Source: an uncultured Bacilli bacterium
Lineage (GTDB): Bacteria; Bacillota_I; Bacilli_A; RF39; UBA660
Direction: 5' to 3'
Assembly: GCA_949505625.1 (NCBI GenBank)
Contig: CATBQD010000006.1
Span: forward strand, 3,495 to 67,494
DNA: 64,000 nucleotides
Positions within the stretch are counted from its first letter, which is position 1. Each line of letters starts with the position of its first letter. Below are positions 29,871 to 37,619 of the stretch, piece by piece. Both the position numbers and the translations under genes were made by a program. The notes below the pieces were generated by a model, which did no database searches, was not told the origin of the DNA, and saw only the letters and a program-made list of their open reading frames with translations.

Positions 29871-30665
29871 TTAGTATTCAATAAATGTAGATTTTTCTTT
29901 ATCATATTCTAAATATGTTATACCAACACTACAAAACCGATTTTTAGATACACTAATCTCAGTTATATTCTTATTATCATAATCACGATATAATAAAATA
30001 ACAACATCTGAATTACATTCTAAATTACCAGTATTTTTTAAATCTACAAGTAATGGTCTTTTATTTTCTCTATATTCAACATTTCTTGATAACTGCGATG
30101 ATATAAAGATAATTGTTTTATATTTTGTAGTAAGATAACGTAATCTATCTAAAATATCATTAGATAAATCAGTTACAGAAGTAAAAGGTTTTTCGTTTTT
30201 CATAAGTTGTATGTAATCAATAACTATAAATTTAATATCCCTATTTTCTTCTAATAATTGTTCTAATTCTAAAATATTAAAACAATCATCTGAAATATAA
30301 AGATTATATTTTTTAGAAATAAATTCATTCATACTTATTTCTGAATAATCTTTATTATTCCAAATTTTTACTAAATCTTGTTCTGTACATATTCCAGCAA
30401 ATTTTAATGCTGCTATCTCTTTACTTGTTTCTAAACTTAAATATAAAATAGGTAAATTATATTTTTTTAACAAATTAATTACTATATTATTTAAAAATGT
30501 AGTTTTTCCCATTCCTGGTCTAGAGCCTACTGTTATTATATTTCCATCTTTTAGACCACCTATTAGAGCATCTAAATTTTTATAACCTAAATCATATGAT
30601 TTTGAGAATTTATCATTAATTTTGATTTCATCTATCTTATTTATTGTTGCCACGATTACAAACAC
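29871..30665 (-). CDS. DnaB-like helicase C-terminal domain with intact motifs
   Basis: SRPGMGKTT, LSLE, IVIDYIQLM, SQLSRNVE.R.NKRPLL.DL, SKNR; lacks the N-terminal primase-binding domain. Confidence 0.9.
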   Translation of the reverse strand: MFVIVATINKIDEIKINDKFSKSYDLGYKNLDALIGGLKDGNIITVGSRPGMGKTTFLNNIVINLLKKYNLPILYLSLETSKEIAALKFAGICTEQDLVKIWNNKDYSEISMNEFISKKYNLYISDDCFNILELEQLLEENRDIKFIVIDYIQLMKNEKPFTSVTDLSNDILDRLRYLTTKYKTIIFISSQLSRNVEYRENKRPLLVDLKNTGNLECNSDVVILLYRDYDNKNITEISVSKNRFCSVGITYLEYDKEKSTFIEY

Positions 30666-31165
30666 CCCTTACTTAAAATTTCTTGTTTTCTTTCCTTAAC
30701 ACTTTCTATATCAAGTGTTTCAAAGAAAAAATATTTTTCTTGTTCTTTATCGATTAAACTTTCATTAATTTTAGGTATCTGTTTCATTTTTATAACACCC
30801 ATACCATCGTATTTTTTATTAGCACACTCTCCATAAAATCTCCACGAAGAACCTATTTTTATTTTTTCTAAAGTTTCTTCTAAAGAATTATTTGAAATTG
30901 CTAATCTAGCAATAATACTACCAGTAATATCACTTAATTTTAAAGTTATAAAAGTTACATCTCTTTCACTTACTATAATATCGATACCGAATATATAAGC
31001 CTCAATTAAAGTGTTATCAGTTTCAAAATCAAATCTTCTTGGTAAATCTTTAATCTTAGTTATAGGATATTCACATTTTTTATCAGCAAGAGTTGAAATA
31101 ATTTTAGTAAATTTATTACTAGAAATATCCGTTTTATTATGCATTACATAGTTTCTCCTTTCCAT
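30656..31165 (-). CDS. Stand-alone PolC-type OB-fold domain protein
   Basis: ITKIKDL...IEAYIFGID...ITLKLSDITGSI...EKIKIG..WRFYG resembles the PolC OB domain (TDYTDSI); start may be ATG 31144. Confidence 0.7.
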   Translation of the reverse strand: MERRNYVMHNKTDISSNKFTKIISTLADKKCEYPITKIKDLPRRFDFETDNTLIEAYIFGIDIIVSERDVTFITLKLSDITGSIIARLAISNNSLEETLEKIKIGSSWRFYGECANKKYDGMGVIKMKQIPKINESLIDKEQEKYFFFETLDIESVKERKQEILSKGCL

Positions 31166-31171
31166 AATATT

Positions 31172-31227
31172 ATTATAAAGAAAAATAGATAAGAAAACTA
31201 GCTAATAACTAATAAATTATCTATTTC
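31172..31227. repeat. 56-bp direct repeat copy 1 (imperfect hairpin + TATAAT on minus strand)
   Basis: 49/56 identical to 32389-32444 by manual alignment. Confidence 0.85.
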
Positions 31228-32357
31228 TAGTTTTGTAATTCATCAAAATAAGCTATATAATCTTCAACACTACCATCTTTTATCTTATTATTAACATTTA
31301 TTTTTGGATATTCTAAATTTAAATTTAATACAGTTTCTTTTATTCCAACATCAATTAATAATTTCTCAACTTTACTATTGTAATGATTTTTTCTAAATTC
31401 TATAAAATCATTCCATTTATCGGTCGTATTATTATAATATTCAGTAAAATTAGCATTAAAATTATTTAAGTCTTTTTCCATTTCTTCTATATGATTTTTT
31501 AAAACTTCTTTTGGTTTGATTTTATTTAGTTTTAAAGTTTCTAAGTATATTAAATCATCTAACTTCGACTCGATATATTTTCTACTTTCGTTTCGTATAC
31601 CACTTTTAAAAAGATTTTTACATTTACATACATAATAAACCCAAAATATTGTTGTAGGAATATTTAGAATAATTACTGTAACAAGCAAACCATCATCACT
31701 GCTACTTGAATTAGCACTAGCAAATATAACTAAATATATTACCGCCAAAATAATAGAGCTTATAATAAGACCTGTTATACATTTACTACTATTTTTTTCA
31801 TTAATAACATCATCGTAAATATTCATTTCTTTTAATTCTTTCTCATATTCATCTGGATTTTGAATTTTTTCCTCAAATTCTGTTCTTATTTTAATCTTTT
31901 GTTCCTCAGATAGTTGCTTTTTTAACTTTCTAATTCGCGAAAACACTTCATAATAACGACTAATAATCAATTCATCATCTTTAGATAAATAAATTTTTGC
32001 ATCTTGTATTTGTTCATCAAGATTATAATATTTTAAATCAATATCTTCTTTAAGTTTCTGTAACTCTTTAGGTGGTGTAAATAAGTAATCTCTAAAACTA
32101 TCAATAGCCTCTTTAGTAATCCCAACATCATCACATAACTTTAAAATTCGCATTTCTTCTTCGTGTTCCATTTGCTTATATTGAGCTATCATTTCATTTA
32201 ATCTATTTTTTTCGTTAATTTGATTTTGTTGTGCTATTAACCGATTTTGTTCTTCTAATAAACTTTTTTGCTCTTGATGTTGGTCATACCTTGCGTCTGC
32301 CTCACTTCGTTGCCCCCAAGTATCATATACTTTCCCATCTTTCCCTATATATCCCAT
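31227..32357 (-). CDS. Coiled-coil protein with two TM helices
   Basis: Hydrophobic segments ITGLIISSIILAVIYLVIFA and LLVTVIILNIPTTIFWVYYV; AAGGAG RBS. Confidence 0.7.
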   Translation of the reverse strand: MGYIGKDGKVYDTWGQRSEADARYDQHQEQKSLLEEQNRLIAQQNQINEKNRLNEMIAQYKQMEHEEEMRILKLCDDVGITKEAIDSFRDYLFTPPKELQKLKEDIDLKYYNLDEQIQDAKIYLSKDDELIISRYYEVFSRIRKLKKQLSEEQKIKIRTEFEEKIQNPDEYEKELKEMNIYDDVINEKNSSKCITGLIISSIILAVIYLVIFASANSSSSDDGLLVTVIILNIPTTIFWVYYVCKCKNLFKSGIRNESRKYIESKLDDLIYLETLKLNKIKPKEVLKNHIEEMEKDLNNFNANFTEYYNNTTDKWNDFIEFRKNHYNSKVEKLLIDVGIKETVLNLNLEYPKINVNNKIKDGSVEDYIAYFDELQN

Positions 32358-32388
32358 ATTTATATCTCACTCCTTTAAATTATTAATA

Positions 32389-32444
32389 ATTATAATGAAA
32401 AATAGATAAGAAAACTAGCCAAAAACCAGTTACTTATCTATTTC
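32389..32444. repeat. 56-bp direct repeat copy 2
   Basis: attataatgaaaaatagataagaaaactagccaaaaaccagttacttatctatttc; overlaps the last codons of 32430-33062. Confidence 0.85.
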
Positions 32445-33062
32445 ATTTACTAGATACATAAAAGTACCTGCTTTTTCATCATTTATTTTACTAAATTCTT
32501 TCCAATTCATAGTATAAGATCCTTTTAATGTTATAGGTTCTTCATAACCTTTTTTAGGTGTTTCTCTATTCCAATTTAAAGTACCAGTTTTTACTACGTT
32601 TTCGTGAATAGAAAACTCTTTATACTCTGCATTTTCTCTCGGTACATTCAAATAAGATAAATCGTTTGTTAAGAATATTGTATAACCTTTTTTAAATAAT
32701 GGTTCATTATCTCTAAATTTTTCAATTCTTTCAACATCTTTTAAAGCAGAATAACAATTTTCATTTTGAGCATTATCAGTAGATAAATTATATTCAATAT
32801 TATCTACTATTCCTTTAAAAGCAAGTTTCTTATACTTTAATTCAATAGGATAGTACTCATTATCTCTAATTAGTACAATATCAATACTCTTTCTAACATC
32901 AAAAGGAGAACGATATTCAGTTTCTATTCTTGTATTTTCATACATATCTCGAATAACATCACGTAACTTTTGCTTTAAATCATCTTCATTACGAAAAATC
33001 TTATTTCTTTTCCTTAGTTCATCTAAAACTAAATTAATATCAAAATCTGTATTCACAATCAA
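32430..33062 (-). CDS. PD-(D/E)XK restriction-endonuclease-like protein
   Basis: F.NEDDL, ETEY, IDIVL...YPIELKYK, LKDVERIE, GYTIFLTND..Y. Confidence 0.7.
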   Translation of the reverse strand: MIVNTDFDINLVLDELRKRNKIFRNEDDLKQKLRDVIRDMYENTRIETEYRSPFDVRKSIDIVLIRDNEYYPIELKYKKLAFKGIVDNIEYNLSTDNAQNENCYSALKDVERIEKFRDNEPLFKKGYTIFLTNDLSYLNVPRENAEYKEFSIHENVVKTGTLNWNRETPKKGYEEPITLKGSYTMNWKEFSKINDEKAGTFMYLVNEIDK

Positions 33063-33197
33063 TCACCTCCATATCTACAAGCACAACCTTACGGCACGTC
33101 AATAACGTGCTTTTTCAACTAATTTTACCACTTAAATGATATAATTGTCAACGAGTTTAAAGTCGATAATTTACGATATTTACAAAGGAGTGTAGAT

Positions 33198-33410
33198 ATG
33201 AAATTAAATTTCAATGATTATGAACCTAAAGATGTTATACGTATTATTCGTGAATGGACTGGACTTACTCAAGAAGAATTCGCAAAAACAATTAATAAGA
33301 AAAAAAGAACTATACAAGATTATGAAGCTGGTAAGTGTAGATACTATACAGAAACATTAAAATTAATCTGTAAAGTTCATAACATAGAAATAACTATTAA
33401 CAAGAAGTAG
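33198..33410 (+). CDS. XRE-family HTH regulator
   Basis: IREWTGLTQEEFAKTINKKKRTIQDYEAG. Confidence 0.88.
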   Translation: MKLNFNDYEPKDVIRIIREWTGLTQEEFAKTINKKKRTIQDYEAGKCRYYTETLKLICKVHNIEITINKK

Positions 33411-33414
33411 TGAG

Positions 33415-33717
33415 GTGATACAAATGAGTGAAGAAGAGATAATAAAAAAAATTCAAAATCTTTTAGATGAAAAAGTCTTTTCGATAATATTAAAATGTGA
33501 TGATGAAAAAATAAGAACTTCTACTAACAAAGTAAGAAATAAACTTTTTGAAAAGACAATGGTAAAAGATTTTATCGGTCATTTTGATATATTAACCAAA
33601 TACCAAAGTATAGCAGGTTTAAATTTCTATGCTAAACTAAAAACACACGGATTACCAGCACTTGAAGACGTTGCAGATGAAGTTCACGATATAGTTGATA
33701 ACTGGTTAAATAAATAA
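33415..33717 (+). CDS. Hypothetical protein (paralog of 33921-34229)
   Basis: Shares N.L......K..I..F....K...LK......LEDV...W.NK register with the convergent ORF. Confidence 0.65.
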   Translation: MIQMSEEEIIKKIQNLLDEKVFSIILKCDDEKIRTSTNKVRNKLFEKTMVKDFIGHFDILTKYQSIAGLNFYAKLKTHGLPALEDVADEVHDIVDNWLNK

Positions 33718-33920
33718 TTTAAGATATTTACGAAAAAGTAATTATCTTTTTTATTTGTATCAACTAAATTCGCTCAAAAACATAGAAATAAAGAGAGTTT
33801 CTAGTTAATCAACATAATTACATTAATTTACTAAAAACTCTCTAAAATACTTAAATATGTACTGAATAAGAGAAGATTATAACTTATTAAAAATAAAAAA
33901 GTTAAAAATCTCTAACCTTT

Positions 33921-34229
33921 TTACTTATTTACCCATTTACTATTAAACTTTTTATCAAAATTTCTTTTTACATCTTCTAAACGTAGTATCTTTCTATTTT
34001 TTAAATACTTAGATACCCATTTTAATTTTGAAGTATTACATTTAACTATATTATTAAAAAAATTAATAACACCTTTAGGAGTATGTATCTTATATAACTC
34101 ATTGATAGTACCCTCTATTATAGTAGTTGCCTTTGTATCTCCTTTACTAGTAGCAGAGTAGTGAGCTTTCATAAGTACATTATCAATTAAATAATTCCTC
34201 ATTTCATTACATTTATTTTCATTTTTCAA
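33921..34229 (-). CDS. Hypothetical protein (paralog of 33415-33717)
   Basis: Same residue register as 33415-33717; TTG start. Confidence 0.65.
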   Translation of the reverse strand: MKNENKCNEMRNYLIDNVLMKAHYSATSKGDTKATTIIEGTINELYKIHTPKGVINFFNNIVKCNTSKLKWVSKYLKNRKILRLEDVKRNFDKKFNSKWVNK

Positions 34230-34484
34230 ATTTAACCATCTTCTTTCTATTATTTTAATACGTTTAAAACCAACATTTCCTATAAAAATTCTTGATGAAG
34301 TTGATTTTTTATCTATAATTTTAAAAATTATAGATGAATTTGTGATGTGATATTTATTATTTTTTTATAGAGTAGTAATAGTGTTAATTATATAGTAGTT
34401 TATTAGAATTAAATTTTAGATGATTAACCCTTATAAAATCTAACTATAATCTACTTTTAGAATAACAAGATTTTCTAATCTTAA

Positions 34485-35465
34485 TTACCCTAAGTACCGA
34501 TTATTCCGTTTCTCTATATTTCTCTTGATTATTTCATCTCTACGCTTTTTCTTTTCTTCCTCAAATTTTTTAGTGTAATTCTCATGAAAAGGTTTATAAT
34601 AATCAAGCATTTCATTATATCGCTTTTCTTCTTTCGATTTTTCAGCACGAGAAAAAGAACCGTAGTGAAATAAAGTATTAAGCCTTAAACGCTCTTCAAA
34701 AAGTTTTTTAAAACTCATATAAGTATCTTTTCCCTCTAAACGATTAGAGAAGTTAGCATACTCTATAAAATCAATACCTGTTTTACATTTCCTATCAAAC
34801 TCTTGTTGTTCCTTTTTAGATGGGATAGAGTAATCAACATCAATAAAGAATAAATTTTCGGATTGTTGAAACATATATTCTGCATATCCAGTATCACAAT
34901 CTTTGCCATAAACTTTCTTTTCTTCTTTATTTTTTTCTTGTTTCTCTTGATTTTCATCTGCAACTCCAAACATTTTCTTTCTCTCATTTTCTTGTTGCTT
35001 CTTTTTTATAATTTCATCTAATTCTTCTGGAGTAATAGTACTTGGATAAAACTTAGGTATGTTTTTCCAATTTTTATTAATGTATTTTTTAATCTTTAAT
35101 CTAACAGTTTCTCCAGGATAAGATAATATTAGAACGTGTAAATGCCATCCAACATAAACATTTCCTAATTCTCCACTTTCTCCTAAATTCCCATAATTTA
35201 ATTCTTTAATTTTTTCATCATCTGTTATAACTTCACGAATAATCTTAGGTTTTCCCACGTTTCCCGTTCTCTCGTAATAATAATCAACAACTGCTTTTCC
35301 TATTATATTACTAGCACTAATAACACCACTACACTTATATTTTCCCTTTTTACATATAAAATCGATAGCTTTTACTAATCTCTTAGCATACTTACAAGCT
35401 TCTTCTTGATCGTAAAACTTATGGTTAATATCGATTTTACTCATCTTTGCTACTCTTTTTGACAT
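34485..35465 (-). CDS. HUH endonuclease, rolling-circle Rep-like
   Basis: GWHLHVLIL (HUH motif) and downstream YAEYMFQQ (candidate catalytic Tyr); AAGGAG RBS. Confidence 0.65.
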   Translation of the reverse strand: MSKRVAKMSKIDINHKFYDQEEACKYAKRLVKAIDFICKKGKYKCSGVISASNIIGKAVVDYYYERTGNVGKPKIIREVITDDEKIKELNYGNLGESGELGNVYVGWHLHVLILSYPGETVRLKIKKYINKNWKNIPKFYPSTITPEELDEIIKKKQQENERKKMFGVADENQEKQEKNKEEKKVYGKDCDTGYAEYMFQQSENLFFIDVDYSIPSKKEQQEFDRKCKTGIDFIEYANFSNRLEGKDTYMSFKKLFEERLRLNTLFHYGSFSRAEKSKEEKRYNEMLDYYKPFHENYTKKFEEEKKKRRDEIIKRNIEKRNNRYLG

Positions 35466-35651
35466 TTAAACCACTCCTTACTATGTATAAGCAAATACAT
35501 TAGATTTTCCGAGTAAAAAAAAATCTCTACTATATAAGTACGGATTTCTCAACCGTTTTGAGTGATTTTTGCTAAATTTTTTAAAAATTTTTTAAATTTC
35601 TTATCTAAAGCATTAAAAAAAAGATGCTATTCACACCTTTAATTACACTTG

Positions 35652-36194
35652 CTATTCATTAGTTTCATAATAATATGAAGTTTCTATTCCTTTAAAAAAG
35701 CTCTCCAAACTCATATCCTCTGTTAAATTATTTTCAATTAAAGTTTTAATTTCTAATGTATTAATAGGACTTCTCTCCATAGCTTGTAGATACAATTTCT
35801 TATCTATATTTTCCCAATTCACAATTCTATTTAAATTCTTCTTTAATATTAAATCTAACCATATTCTAGTACTCCTGCCATTACCCTCTAAAAATGGATG
35901 AGCGATATTCATTTCAACATACTTATCAATTATTTCATCTAAAGTATTCTCACTCATAGTTTCAATTTTATTTAGCATTTCTTTTAAATATAAGGAGTTT
36001 CCAAATCTAAAATTTCCTTTAGAAATGTTTTCTTTTCTAATAATACCTGCAAAATCATATAACCCATCAAATAAATATTTATGAATTTGTTGTAACCCTT
36101 TTGTAGTACCAATTTCAACACTATCAATAGTACCACTTGAAAATAATTCTTTTGCATTCCCTAAGCTCTTCTTATCTATATCATTCATACACAT
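35652..36194 (-). CDS. fic: Class III Fic protein adenylyltransferase (NmFic-like)
   Basis: [12 protein letters not shown] Fic motif; C-terminal GIETSYYYE inhibitory helix. Confidence 0.9.
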   Translation of the reverse strand: MCMNDIDKKSLGNAKELFSSGTIDSVEIGTTKGLQQIHKYLFDGLYDFAGIIRKENISKGNFRFGNSLYLKEMLNKIETMSENTLDEIIDKYVEMNIAHPFLEGNGRSTRIWLDLILKKNLNRIVNWENIDKKLYLQAMERSPINTLEIKTLIENNLTEDMSLESFFKGIETSYYYETNE

Positions 36195-36278
36195 TAACTC
36201 CTATTAAAATTGCTTTTATATGCTTATATTTTACCATAAAATAGCTATGCTTACAATAAAAGCAAAAGGATTAATAAA

Positions 36279-36572
36279 CTATGCTAGTTCTTTCTTAATA
36301 CTTTTAAGTAGAGTATCAAACTGCTTTATCGTGATAGGCATTGTTCTATTATATAAAAATAAATTTTTCCTATCAAAATATATTAGTATTAGTTTCTTAC
36401 CCTTTATAGTAACATCTACTTTATGAGGTTCTATAAAACTAATATTAGTACCACCTATATAAAGAATTCTACCTTGCCTAAACTCACACTTAGCATTATT
36501 AAAACTACACGTAGTTCTTATCCTTTTTTCTAATTCTTCTGATTTTATAAATTTTTCACTAAAAATCTCCAT
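36279..36572 (-). CDS. Hypothetical protein, first gene inside the right end
   Basis: ORF with AAGGTG RBS. Confidence 0.6.
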   Translation of the reverse strand: MEIFSEKFIKSEELEKRIRTTCSFNNAKCEFRQGRILYIGGTNISFIEPHKVDVTIKGKKLILIYFDRKNLFLYNRTMPITIKQFDTLLKSIKKELA

Positions 36573-36602
36573 TTTTTACACCTTTTTTAGTAAAAACAAA
36601 AA

Positions 36603-36629
36603 CCGTGGATTTTCCTTTTATTTCCACGG
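36603..36629 (-). terminator. Terminator downstream of tRNA-Trp (element side)
   Basis: ccgtgga/tccacgg stem flanked by A and T runs. Confidence 0.6.
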
Positions 36630-36673
36630 CTTTTTACATATTTTAACTCCACTTTTTGGAGTGTATTTGCATT

Positions 36674-36747
36674 TGGCAGGGGTAGCAGGAGTTGAACCCA
36701 CATCAGCGGTTTTGGAGACCGTTATTCTACCATTGAACTATACCCCT
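36674..36747 (-). tRNA. trnW: tRNA-Trp (CCA)
   Basis: AGGGGTATAGTTCAATGGTAGAATAACGGTCTCCAAAACCGCTGATGTGGGTTCAACTCCTGCTACCCCTGCCA: cloverleaf, CCA anticodon, encoded CCA end. Confidence 0.95.
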
Positions 36748-36899
36748 AAATCAAAAGACAAATAAATTATATCATAAATTATAATAAAGTACAATAATCA
36801 TTTTAGTATTTTAAACAATCATAGGTAATATTTTATTAAAACATCCAAAACAAATGTAGATATTATGTAAAGAAAGCATATAGTAAATTAGGTGATTAT

Positions 36900-37328
36900 A
36901 TGGGAGTAATAAAATATACTACAAAAGAAAGAGATTTACTAGCTAGACTTATGCGCGCTGAAGCTGTAGGCGAAGGCAATCTAGGAATGCTTATGGTTGG
37001 AAACGTAGGAGTAAATAGGGTTTTAGGGAATTGTCTTACTTTTAAGGATATTACAACAATATCAAAAATGATATATCAAACTCCAGGAGGATTCGAGGGA
37101 AAAAATAGTCCTTTATTTTTTAGTAATCCTACAACTCAAGAAAAAAATCTGGCGGATAGAGTTTTAAGAGGAGAATACTATCATCCAGCAACACATGCAC
37201 TTTGGTTTTACGCTCCAAGCAGTGGGGCCGCGTGTAAAGCAACTTGGTGGGATCAAGAAAACTCAGGTAGATATAAAAATCATTGTTTTTACAGACCAGC
37301 TGCTGGAACTTGTCCTGAGTTGTATTAA
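36900..37328 (+). CDS. cwlJ: Spore cortex hydrolase, CwlJ-like (Hydrolase_2)
   Basis: LLARLMRAEAVGEG.LGMLMVGNVGVNRV, PATHALWF, GRYKNHCFY. Confidence 0.85.
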   Translation: MGVIKYTTKERDLLARLMRAEAVGEGNLGMLMVGNVGVNRVLGNCLTFKDITTISKMIYQTPGGFEGKNSPLFFSNPTTQEKNLADRVLRGEYYHPATHALWFYAPSSGAACKATWWDQENSGRYKNHCFYRPAAGTCPELY

Positions 37329-37358
37329 AAAACCTTTGATAAAAATCAAAAGTTTTTT

Positions 37359-37619
37359 TTAATGTAAATCTTCTAATTGTTTGCAAAATAAAGGCGCTAA
37401 TTTATCTAATTCATTTTTATCATTTACTTCTACAATATATAAACGATTATCTTCTTTTTCTTCTTTTACAACAGCTACCTGTTCAGTTACATCTTCTCCA
37501 TCTGCAGAAAGTTGAAGCAAATAATCATATGCATTTCCATCGTATTCGGCTTTTGCAACAACAATATACTTTTCATTATCATCTAAGGTCAGAACGGTAT
37601 GAAGTTCAATATTCATCAT
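37359..37619 (-). CDS. DUF1292-like small acidic protein
   Basis: LTLDDNEKYIV...YDG..Y.YL pattern. Confidence 0.5.
   Translation of the reverse strand: MMNIELHTVLTLDDNEKYIVVAKAEYDGNAYDYLLQLSADGEDVTEQVAVVKEEKEDNRLYIVEVNDKNELDKLAPLFCKQLEDLH

Larger units (their letters stand above)
16514..36678. mobile_element. ~20 kb integrative element inserted at the 3' end of tRNA-Trp
   Basis: Large serine recombinase at the left end, tRNA at the right end; tggca at 16514-16518 followed by a tRNA-like cgtggtaagaagg; resolvase, HUH Rep, XRE, Fic, retron and phage/plasmid-type cargo. Confidence 0.75.

Noticed and set aside
26776-30665. DnaB/PolC pieces as a functional element replisome
   Set aside because: No primase, no DnaB N-terminal domains, and PolC catalytic residues appear lost; a helper role for the 264-aa ATPase in rolling-circle replication cannot be excluded
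25040-33070. Recurrent taaatcactt/aatcacctcc motif at gene boundaries as cassette sites
   Set aside because: These are reverse complements of the GGA(A/G)GTGATT Shine-Dalgarno sequence, which host genes use too
16514-36678. Prophage or ICE
   Set aside because: No terminase, capsid, tail, VirB4 or coupling-protein motifs were recognised
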